A stretch of DNA of 32,000 bases from Geotalea uraniireducens Rf4. Its GTDB lineage: Bacteria > Desulfobacterota > Desulfuromonadia > Geobacterales > Geobacteraceae. Of this stretch, positions 1 through 7,423 are shown piece after piece. Both the position numbers and the translations under genes were made by a program. The notes under the pieces were generated by a model. The model was not told where the DNA came from, made no database searches, and saw nothing but the letters and a program-made list of their open reading frames with translations. Within the stretch, counting starts at the first letter, position 1. Each line of letters opens with the position of its first letter. The stretch spans positions 3,180,001 through 3,212,000 of the forward strand of contig NC_009483.1 of NCBI RefSeq assembly GCF_000016745.1, read 5' to 3'.

Positions 1-151
1 TTGGCATATTTAAAAGCTCCTTAGTAAATCTGGGAACATAATTCTGATTATTCTTCCTATCAAATGGACATCAGTTAGTGTCCCCGGAACATTCATCAGT
101 CCCGGTGGAACGGTGCAGGCGCTGAGCGGCCTTAACCATACCAGCGCCTGG

Positions 152-1831
152 TTAGCCTCCGCCAAGTAGTGCTCCAACTAATGTCGAACCTTTTGCAACC
201 TGATCAGTTCCGCCAAGTTCAGTATATTTATCAAGCACTTTATGTAAAGCATTATCGAGGACTTCAGCTGGAATATCAATCTTTGGCACTTGTGCTAGTG
301 CGTCTGTTATACCATCCTTTGTACCAGCAACCGATATTCCCACAAGCGTTGCTACAAAGAACTTGATGTTTGTTATATCCTTTCTAGGAATATCTACACC
401 GCAGTGTTGCGGTTTGATATACGTTTCCACAGCCTTCATAATTTGAATCACTTTTAAATAGACATCAATGGGTGTATCAAGGCTAAATATCTTTTTGTAC
501 TCGGTTTGAGAGTTGATTAACGTAGAAGGTCGTGCTCTTGCACTATCTGGTTTATTTAATGTTAAGGCCATCATAGCTTGTGCCATATATGGAATGCTAA
601 TGATCTTGGATACAGGCTTGCCTTGGTTTTTATAGAAGTTTTTCTTTCTATCATAGAAAAAACCATTTGCTTTGAGAAAATCTTCAATATTTCTGTGTAT
701 TTCGTCTGAACTGCGGAGGGATGCAGGTGGTATTGAAGTCTGACTGTTTGTAGCCCTGATGATTCGGTCTCTAGCTTCTTCGTTTTCCTCGCGAATAATG
801 CGGACAAGAATTTTACGTTCATCTTTCAGAAGTTGCGCAGCTTCAGAAAAGTGATTGTAAATTTCGTGTGAAGTCTGTAGTCCATTAACAATCTGGGGGT
901 CTTCTATTGTTATTTTTTTCCCAGCTGAAACTGCATTTGGAGTTATAATTGTGACACCATTATTCAAATACCAAAAATCTTCAGATTTTGTATTTGATAG
1001 TGTTTGCTTGATTCCGGTATTAACAACAACACTACCCTGATAGTCTCTGACATTTGATTCGAATATACTTCTGGCTAATGCACCGTCGTCAGATATGAAA
1101 TCATAATATTTATCCAATGAAACTAGACATACGTAGCTACCAGCTTCCGTGCTGATTGGGGTTTCTGCAATTTCTAGAGTTCTACTTGTGGTGGGTATAT
1201 TGCGTGTAAGTTCTAACAATCTACGAGCCCCGATAAATTCGAATTTAAAGGATGACCCACTAAAAAGTGCTAAAATTAAAGATTCCAGTTTCTGAACTTT
1301 TCCGGAAACATTAGGGTGAACTTCGTCTCCTTGGGTCGCATAATAATAACTGATTTCTAGCTTTGGGAAACTGGCAGCAAGTTTCTCATACACAGTCCTA
1401 AATATTATTACTCGTTCGATCAATTCTTGGTTATATCTTTCAGAATAATTATATGGGTCGTTTGAAAGATCAAATAAATCTTCAGCTGTTTCTCTAAATT
1501 TAACAATTGCAACTTCTTTGAAAGTTGTAGACGTTTTTGATTGTATTATCTTTAATTCGATTACGTTCTTTTTTTGATTTACATTTATGTCTGAATCTTC
1601 GTTTATTAATTCACCATTTAGAAGTGTAAATATTGAATCAATACCGCCGTCACCCCCATCACCAACAATACCGTACTTAACATCATCATACGACAAATCG
1701 TGATCTTTCAAAATTTCTGATGCTGTATATATTTCGAAATATTCTGGTTCAGTAATTTCATCGCCTGAATCAGCACACTTACTTTTTATTATCTGATTTA
1801 AAATAACTTGGTCATTTGTTAATTTAGACAT
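152..1831 (-). CDS. AIPR-family abortive-infection (phage resistance) protein
   Basis: Uninterrupted 559-aa ORF. It has an N-terminal FEIY..ILKDHDLS..GIVGDGGDGGIDSIF motif and a central VNGLQTSHEIY motif, both of which I recognise as AIPR-type hallmarks. A GGAG RBS lies about 6 nt before the ATG. The gene is visibly AT-rich: two 60-nt lines I counted were 23% and 40% GC, against 62% on a cytochrome-gene line. Confidence 0.8.
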   Translation of the reverse strand: MSKLTNDQVILNQIIKSKCADSGDEITEPEYFEIYTASEILKDHDLSYDDVKYGIVGDGGDGGIDSIFTLLNGELINEDSDINVNQKKNVIELKIIQSKTSTTFKEVAIVKFRETAEDLFDLSNDPYNYSERYNQELIERVIIFRTVYEKLAASFPKLEISYYYATQGDEVHPNVSGKVQKLESLILALFSGSSFKFEFIGARRLLELTRNIPTTSRTLEIAETPISTEAGSYVCLVSLDKYYDFISDDGALARSIFESNVRDYQGSVVVNTGIKQTLSNTKSEDFWYLNNGVTIITPNAVSAGKKITIEDPQIVNGLQTSHEIYNHFSEAAQLLKDERKILVRIIREENEEARDRIIRATNSQTSIPPASLRSSDEIHRNIEDFLKANGFFYDRKKNFYKNQGKPVSKIISIPYMAQAMMALTLNKPDSARARPSTLINSQTEYKKIFSLDTPIDVYLKVIQIMKAVETYIKPQHCGVDIPRKDITNIKFFVATLVGISVAGTKDGITDALAQVPKIDIPAEVLDNALHKVLDKYTELGGTDQVAKGSTLVGALLGGG

Positions 1832-1967
1832 ATTGATCTCCGATGTCTTAAAAGGTTAACCCTTGCTTGGGGAAAACTACAGCGTCAGACTTTGATTTTG
1901 GATATTTTGGATATTTGAGGAACTTTCTTAAATTAATTGCAACGTAGTTGACATGGCTACCACCGTT

Positions 1968-1997
1968 GCCGGATGCGCTACGCTTCATCCGGCCTAC
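1968..1997. repeat. REP-like palindromic hairpin (GCCGGATGCGCTACGCTTCATCCGGCCTAC) between the TIR and AIPR genes
   Basis: Perfect 8-bp stem, GCCGGATG (1968-1975) pairing with CATCCGGC (1986-1993), with an inner GCG/CGC pair and a trailing CTAC. From memory this is close to the E. coli/Salmonella REP consensus (GCCGGATGCG...CTTATCCGGCCTAC). It lies about 40 nt downstream of the TIR gene stop, so it could also act as that gene's terminator or mRNA stabiliser. Confidence 0.6.
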
Positions 1998-2035
1998 ATT
2001 ACTACATTATGTTCATTTCTGCTTGACTGCCAAAT

Positions 2036-2998
2036 TTAACGCTGAAGCGGCCCAATCAGCAATGACCATAGGTACTCAGCCGCGCCTTCTTCCGTTAACT
2101 GCTTTTCGGGCGGGTTCCCATAATGAGCCGTTCCGAGAGGCTTGAGGTGCAAAGAATACCCGTCGTTTTCAGCAGACAATGATTCATTATATGAACCGTC
2201 GGAGGTGGAGTCGGCATTACTGGAGTAGAGAATGCCGCTTGCAAAAGATGTTCTGCCGCCATGCCAGATTCTGCAACCAGTGATCTGTTGTCCATCGCGG
2301 TAGATCTTCGCGGAAAAGTGGCGCAGGTCAATCCTCGCTCCTTGGGTTTGAATGCCGGGACTCCGCCTCTCCAGCTCCCGAAGGGACTCTTCGAAGAAAT
2401 TACAGATAAAGTTGAAGGCTCCATCGAGGAACACATCCTGATCGTGATCAGAAAATTGCCGGGTGATTCTCAGATTGCTTGAACGAGGAGTGGCTGCGGT
2501 TGAGGGGCGAGATAAGACTACCGGTTCAGTTGCAATTTCAGGCCCCGATTGTGACCGAATTCTTTGTACAGCGTTTTCGATGGCAGCCGTTACCTCAAGA
2601 AAGCCATCATCAAGCGTCGGGAACTTAACTATTGGTTTTCCATCTGTTGTGGCGGCAAGAAGTTTTCCGAAAGGAGCGCCATGCCAGCTGCAGGGACGTA
2701 ATATGACGGGTATAATCGTAGCCTCGCTTCGCTCATGCCTCTCCATCGCGCGCTTCATCTCGATGTCATAGCAATAGTCCGAGTCGAGAAAATCAGAACT
2801 GACGAGGAGCAGGATTATGTCGGCATCTTCAAGGTGGCTGCTGATCTCCCGACTGAAGTCCCCGCCCGCACCAATTCGCCGATCATGCCACGTCTCGATC
2901 AGCCCCTGCCGCTTTATAACGGAAAGGTGTTTTTCAAGCTCGTCTCGAAGCGATTCGTCTTTGTGCGAGTAGGAGAAGAATATATTTGCCATGTTCAT
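2036..2998 (-). CDS. TIR-domain protein with an uncharacterised C-terminal domain of about 170 aa
   Basis: The N-terminus, MNMANIFFSYSHKDESLRDELEKHL...IILLLVSSDFLDSDYCYDIEM..A..IIPVILRPC, is a typical bacterial TIR_2-type domain. The start is placed at the ATG at 2998, which has an AAAGGA RBS about 5 nt upstream; the track ORF extends to 3031. I recognise no motifs in the C-terminal half. Confidence 0.8.
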   Translation of the reverse strand: MNMANIFFSYSHKDESLRDELEKHLSVIKRQGLIETWHDRRIGAGGDFSREISSHLEDADIILLLVSSDFLDSDYCYDIEMKRAMERHERSEATIIPVILRPCSWHGAPFGKLLAATTDGKPIVKFPTLDDGFLEVTAAIENAVQRIRSQSGPEIATEPVVLSRPSTAATPRSSNLRITRQFSDHDQDVFLDGAFNFICNFFEESLRELERRSPGIQTQGARIDLRHFSAKIYRDGQQITGCRIWHGGRTSFASGILYSSNADSTSDGSYNESLSAENDGYSLHLKPLGTAHYGNPPEKQLTEEGAAEYLWSLLIGPLQR

Positions 2999-3091
2999 AC
3001 AATCCTTTGTAGCTGGAAAAGACCAGGACATGAGAATTCCGGGACAGATTTTTTTCGCGGCTGATCTTCCGTCAACTGCTGCACAAATTCA

Positions 3092-3128
3092 AAAGCCGCC
3101 TTCTGCATCATGCTGATAAGGCGGCTTT
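3092..3128. terminator. Strong hairpin (11-bp stem, AAAGCCGCCTT/AAGGCGGCTTT), possibly a bidirectional terminator
   Basis: Stem at 3092-3102 and 3118-3128 with a 15-nt loop. The A/T runs that form the stem ends supply a T-run on either strand. No annotated gene ends here. Confidence 0.45.
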
Positions 3129-3400
3129 AATTACTTCTTTTTCCCCCGGCGTTCGCACTCCATCATCTCCCTCCGATAACACCGCAATATTACGCAAGTT
3201 TAATACACCTTTTAAACCTTAAAGTCAACGAGAAAGCCCTTCCCCGCGGCTACAAGCCCAGATTCCCACATTCTCTCCTCTTGGTTCCATAGTTGGTCAC
3301 CTTTTTGGTTACTTTTTCGATGCCGTGGACTATGGACGATTATTTGGATGGTAAAAGGCCCCCATAAATGGAACCAATTTGGCTACCTTCAAATGCTCCT

Positions 3401-3439
3401 TAACAGAAAAAAGAAAAGCCTCCTTTATGGGGAGGCTTT
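3401..3439 (-). terminator. Rho-independent terminator with no gene assigned upstream
   Basis: Stem AAAGCCTCC (3415-3423) pairs with GGAGGCTTT (3431-3439) around a 7-nt loop. On the minus strand it is followed by TTTTCTTTTTTCTG. Confidence 0.55.
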
Positions 3440-3603
3440 GGGTGGCATCATGGAGTTTGTTCTTCTTGGACTGCCTGGTTTCGCGCCGCTTTAGATTGCC
3501 TTACGGTCAGCTTTTGCTGCCGTGGCCGATGGTCATTGACCACCGCGAGAAGTCACCTCCCCGATTCGCCCCCTGATTCTTCAGCGTGGCACTTTTCGCC
3601 GGA

Positions 3604-3641
3604 CAAAGCAAAAAGAAAAGGCCCTGATTTCTCAGGGCCTT
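3604..3641 (-). terminator. Rho-independent terminator downstream of the tRNA
   Basis: GGCCCTGA/TCAGGGCC stem at about 3620-3640. On the minus strand it is followed by TTTTCTTTTTGCTTTG. It lies about 35 nt past the tRNA 3' end. Confidence 0.65.
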
Positions 3642-3674
3642 TCGTACTTCGCCGGACAGTGCCGGATTTAAAAT

Positions 3675-3751
3675 TGGTGGCGGTGCAGGGACTTGAACCC
3701 CGGACATCACGGATATGAGCCGTGTGCTCTAACCAGCTGAGCTACGCCGCC
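3675..3751 (-). tRNA. tRNA-Met (anticodon CAU, elongator type; tRNA-Ile2/lysidine not excluded)
   Basis: The 77-nt reverse complement folds by hand into a cloverleaf: GGCGGCG TA GCTC AGCTGGTTA GAGC A CACGG CTCATAT CCGTG ATGTC CGGGG TTCAAGT CCCTG CACCGCC A CCA. CCA is encoded. The G1-C72 pair and the anticodon stem argue against an initiator tRNA. There is one C6-A67 mismatch in the acceptor stem. Confidence 0.9.
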
Positions 3752-3768
3752 AAGGCCTATGGTGATAT

Positions 3769-3797
3769 AAAAAACCTCCTTGGCATAACCAAAGAGG
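3769..3797 (-). terminator. Terminator-like hairpin plus U-run just upstream of the tRNA
   Basis: On the minus strand: CCTCTTTGG-TTATG-CCAAGGAGG (9-bp stem, one mismatch) followed by TTTTTT. It could terminate the upstream kinase gene and/or a short transcript from the 3873-3901 promoter. Confidence 0.5.
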
Positions 3798-3872
3798 TAG
3801 ATATTATTTGATTGCGGGGAGAACACTTAGTGAATATCAGTCTTCTTCCTGCGGTCACCTCAGAGTCATAGG

Positions 3873-3901
3873 TATATATAGCATCCTTTTGAGATTGTCA
3901 A
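3873..3901 (-). promoter_or_regulatory. Near-consensus sigma-70 promoter (TTGACA-N17-TATATA)
   Basis: The minus strand reads TTGACAatctcaaaaggatgctaTATATA. The -35 box is at 3896-3901, the -10 box at 3873-3878, and the spacer is exactly 17 nt. It lies about 30 nt downstream of the kinase stop and about 120 nt upstream of the tRNA. Confidence 0.55.
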
Positions 3902-3931
3902 GAAAAAAGGTGGAGGAAAAACCTTCCTGCC

Positions 3932-6721
3932 CTACCCCGGACTATTTTCCAGAATTTCCCGCAACGAGGCTCCCAGTTCCTTACAATTGTACGGCTTGCT
4001 GATGGCGCCGCAGAATCCGTATTGAGCGTAATGTGCCATTATAGGGTCACTTGAGTAACCGCTGGATACAATCACCCTGGCTGCCGGGTCTATCTCGAGA
4101 AGTTTGGCAATAGCATCCTTCCCACCCACTCCTCCAGGTATCGTCAAATCCATTATGACGCCGGCGAATGGTGTTCCTGCTGCCGTTGCCTGCCTGTATA
4201 GTTCCACAGCCTCTATGCCGTCGCCACAGACAGTCGGTTCATAGCCGAGCATCTTGAGTGCGACTTCCATCGACTCGCGGATCATCTCCTCGTCATCCAT
4301 GAACAGAATTTTGCCTTTTCCCGCCCGATGGTCATCAACCTTCTTTTCATTGACGGTCGGCGCCGTTGGTGATGCCGGGAGACGAATGATAAAAGTCGTT
4401 CCCACGCCAGTTTGTGAAACAACCCTTATTTCTCCGTTATGATTCTTGACTATTGAATAAACAGTGGCTAAACCAAGCCCGCTGCCGTGATGCTTGGTGG
4501 TAAAATAAGGGTCGAATATCCGCTGAAGATGTTCCTCAAGAATACCTATTCCCGTATCCTTGATGGTAAGCTGAATTATTCTCCCGTCGTCCGGGTTATC
4601 CCCATCGCTGAAAGTTTCTATATTTTCCGCCTGAATACTGATAACCCCTCCATCCGGCATGGCTTGATCAGCATTGATGACCAGATTGTTTATTACCTGG
4701 CTCATCTGTCCTGCATCGATCTCGGCCGGCCAAAGGTCGGCCGGGATAGCAAATTCGCAGCGAACGTTCGACCCCCTGAGGGCGAACGTTGCAGAATCAA
4801 CGAGAATATGCTCGATGCCGGTCAGCCTCTTCACCGGCGCCCCTCCCTTGGAGAAGGTAAGTAACTGTTGCGTCAGGTCCCGTGCCCGTTCTGAAGCCTT
4901 CTGGGCTCGATCCAAAAGCAGGTAAGCATCATGATCCGGTGGAATTATCATCCTTGCCATAGAGACGTTTCCCAGGATGCCTGTCAGAAGATTGTTGAAA
5001 TCATGAGCGATCCCTCCGGCCAGAATACCCAGAGAGTCCAGCTTGCGCGCCTTGAACAGCTCTTCCTCGATCTCCTTTTTTTCAGTCATGTCGCGGAGCA
5101 CGAGGACAACCCCAATGATGGCGCCTTCCTGATCAAGGATGGGAGCGGCTGAGTCAGCAATCACACGTTCCGAACCGTCACGGGCAACGAGGATAGTGTG
5201 ATTGGTAAGCTCCATTATCATGCCAGTCTTAAGCACCCGACCGACGGGATTATTCACGACAGCCCTGCTTTTTTCGTTTATCATGTGGAAGACTTCGCTG
5301 AGGATCTTCCCCTTCGACTCTTCCTGGCTCCAGCCGCAAAGCTGCTCTGCCACCCTGTTAAGCATGACAATCCGCTCATCGGTATCGACTGTAATGACGC
5401 CGTCACCGATGGAACGCAGCGTTACCCCCAGTCGTTCCTTTTCTTTCTCCAGATCGTCCTTCGCCTTTTTCAGATCGGTAATATTCGTGATAATGCCGAC
5501 CAGTGCCCTGAGATTACCGTCAGGACCTTCCAGCCGCCTGCCGGACAGGTAACCCCAGAAATCACCCCCGTCCTTGCGCACATAGTGTCGTTCGGTGCTT
5601 ACATGATCAATTTCCCCGTCAATCAGTTTTCTCATACGAGCGCCACCGACCATCTTTTCCGACGGGTGCAGATAGTCCTGATAATGGGAGCCGATCAACT
5701 CTTCGTAGGTGCAGCCGAACATTTCCGCCATACGATGATTGGCGAATATAATCCGCCCCACCGGAGAAACCAGGAATATGGACGCCTGAGAGGTCTCAAA
5801 GATGACGCGGAGTTGTTCCTCGCTTTCCCGCAGCGTCTCTTCAGCACACTGATGCTCCGCAATTTCCTGTTCAAGCAGAATCGCCTGCTCGTGAAGTTCT
5901 GTCTCAATCCGCTTGCGCTCAGTGACATCGAGCATAACCCCGACAAGTCCTTGCAAAGAACCATTATTTCCCCAAATCAACGACTTATAAAAGAGTACAT
6001 CACGCAACAATCCATCGGCATATCTCACCTGTGCTTCATAAACCTGCGGATCCCGTTCATGCATTAATTTCATATCTGCATGATGATATATATCGGCAAG
6101 TTCTTTCGGTGCAATATCATAGACCGTAGAACCAATGATTTTCTCCCTGGGAATGCCGAGATATGAACTGAATGCCTTGTTGCAGTTCACATAGACACCA
6201 TCCGCGTTTTTGTAGAATATAGGGTTGGGGATGGACTCGAGAATTGAACCGAGCAGGTTCTTATTCTCTATGAGTTCTATTTCCATTGCCTTGCGATCGG
6301 ATATATCCTCCGCCACCCCCAGATAGCCGATTACCCGGTCTTGTTCATCATGAATAATGGTGATTGTCAATTTAACGAGGAAAACATCGCCATCCTTGCG
6401 GACATAGAACCATTCACGAGTCTCGGCTCCGGTCTGTTTGACGTTTTCCACAAACACATCAAAACCTGAGACATTTCTGCCCAGGGCCCGGCTCATCTCT
6501 TCACCTCGGCCGCGTACTTCGGTTTCCAGATGGAAGAGGTCAATAGAAGCTACGCCGACCACTTCATCTGCCGTATAGCCCAACATACGTTCGGAACCGC
6601 GATTGAACATGGTTATCAGGCCAAGCGTATCAGTTGCAATGATTGAAATTTCCGTTGCCGCATTGAGCACAGCCTGCAATTGCCAATCGGATGCAGCACC
6701 CGAATTAAAGAGTTTCGACAT
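3932..6721 (-). CDS. Hybrid sensor histidine kinase (about 4 PAS domains, HisKA, HATPase_c, C-terminal receiver)
   Basis: 929-aa ORF with repeated PAS-like segments (each ending ...DITERK/DISDRK/DMTEKK), an H-box (IAHDFNNLL), G-boxes (DTGIGI, GSGLGL) and a C-terminal REC domain (ILFMDDEE...DLTIPGGVGG...KP). A GAGGTGA RBS precedes the ATG. Confidence 0.9.
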   Translation of the reverse strand: MSKLFNSGAASDWQLQAVLNAATEISIIATDTLGLITMFNRGSERMLGYTADEVVGVASIDLFHLETEVRGRGEEMSRALGRNVSGFDVFVENVKQTGAETREWFYVRKDGDVFLVKLTITIIHDEQDRVIGYLGVAEDISDRKAMEIELIENKNLLGSILESIPNPIFYKNADGVYVNCNKAFSSYLGIPREKIIGSTVYDIAPKELADIYHHADMKLMHERDPQVYEAQVRYADGLLRDVLFYKSLIWGNNGSLQGLVGVMLDVTERKRIETELHEQAILLEQEIAEHQCAEETLRESEEQLRVIFETSQASIFLVSPVGRIIFANHRMAEMFGCTYEELIGSHYQDYLHPSEKMVGGARMRKLIDGEIDHVSTERHYVRKDGGDFWGYLSGRRLEGPDGNLRALVGIITNITDLKKAKDDLEKEKERLGVTLRSIGDGVITVDTDERIVMLNRVAEQLCGWSQEESKGKILSEVFHMINEKSRAVVNNPVGRVLKTGMIMELTNHTILVARDGSERVIADSAAPILDQEGAIIGVVLVLRDMTEKKEIEEELFKARKLDSLGILAGGIAHDFNNLLTGILGNVSMARMIIPPDHDAYLLLDRAQKASERARDLTQQLLTFSKGGAPVKRLTGIEHILVDSATFALRGSNVRCEFAIPADLWPAEIDAGQMSQVINNLVINADQAMPDGGVISIQAENIETFSDGDNPDDGRIIQLTIKDTGIGILEEHLQRIFDPYFTTKHHGSGLGLATVYSIVKNHNGEIRVVSQTGVGTTFIIRLPASPTAPTVNEKKVDDHRAGKGKILFMDDEEMIRESMEVALKMLGYEPTVCGDGIEAVELYRQATAAGTPFAGVIMDLTIPGGVGGKDAIAKLLEIDPAARVIVSSGYSSDPIMAHYAQYGFCGAISKPYNCKELGASLREILENSPG

Positions 6722-6994
6722 GACTCACCTCGATATCATCGCAGTCTGACGCCGAGAATTGGCCTGAAACTGGCAATATCTGATCGTCACACCATTAAAT
6801 TTACCCACTGCAGGAATTGCCATTCGATTATGCATCGGCATTGTGCCGAAAATTACCATAAATAAATCTTCTCTTGATTATCGAAAATGTTACAAATATG
6901 ATATCCCTTATCGACATCTGCCGATGATACTTTAATGAGACGCGCTGATTTGAGCAGACATATCTTTAAATTTGGTGAATAGACGGGAGTACCA

Positions 6995-7423
6995 GTGGAC
7001 GAACACCTAGAGAAAGAAAACAAGGCAATAAAAGGGACGGTTTTGATCATGGATGATGATGAAGATGTCTGCCTGCTGGTTGATTATGCGCTGAGGTATG
7101 CGGGCTTCAACGTGGAGAGTGCGCCAGATGGTCCTGCGGCAATCGACCTCTACCGAAATAGACTGGAAATGGGGCAACCATACATTGCCGTCATCCTTGA
7201 TCTGAATATCCCCGGTAAAATCGGGGGCAAAGAAGTCATCGGCAGCCTCCACGAACTGAACCCGGAGATAATAGCTTTTGTTTCAAGCGGTTATCCCGAT
7301 GACCCATGCATGGTCAACTTCAAGGACTATGGCTTTTCCGGCGCCATTCCCAAACCCATCATGTATGAAGATATCCTCGATTCATTTATGCATGTGATTG
7401 AAAAGAGAGGAACAGAATTATGA
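6995..7423 (+). CDS. Single-domain response regulator (receiver only)
   Basis: TVLIMDDDEDV...AVILDLNIPGKIGG...SSGY...KP is paralogous to the REC domain of the neighbouring hybrid kinase. It has a GTG start with a GGGAG RBS, and its stop overlaps the next start (ATGA). Confidence 0.8.
   Translation: MDEHLEKENKAIKGTVLIMDDDEDVCLLVDYALRYAGFNVESAPDGPAAIDLYRNRLEMGQPYIAVILDLNIPGKIGGKEVIGSLHELNPEIIAFVSSGYPDDPCMVNFKDYGFSGAIPKPIMYEDILDSFMHVIEKRGTEL

Noticed and set aside
104-120. GGTGGAACGGTGCAGGC resembles the tRNA 3' end as seen on the plus strand (GGTGGCGGTGCAGGG, 3676-3690). This could be a degenerate att repeat marking the far end of the island.
   Set aside because: Only a 9-nt exact core plus a 5-nt block with a 2-nt indel matches, which is plausible by chance in 32 kb. 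AT-rich DNA and another minus-strand gene start continue to the left of it, so it does not coincide with a compositional boundary.
6760-6775. TGGCCT-N5-TGGCA on the plus strand, with correct sigma-54 GG/GC spacing, about 220 nt upstream of the receiver/cytochrome operon.
   Set aside because: I have not listed it as a feature. The -12 region (TGGCA) is a weaker match, it is far from the start codon, and no cognate activator is evident next to this operon. It is mentioned only within the related finding.
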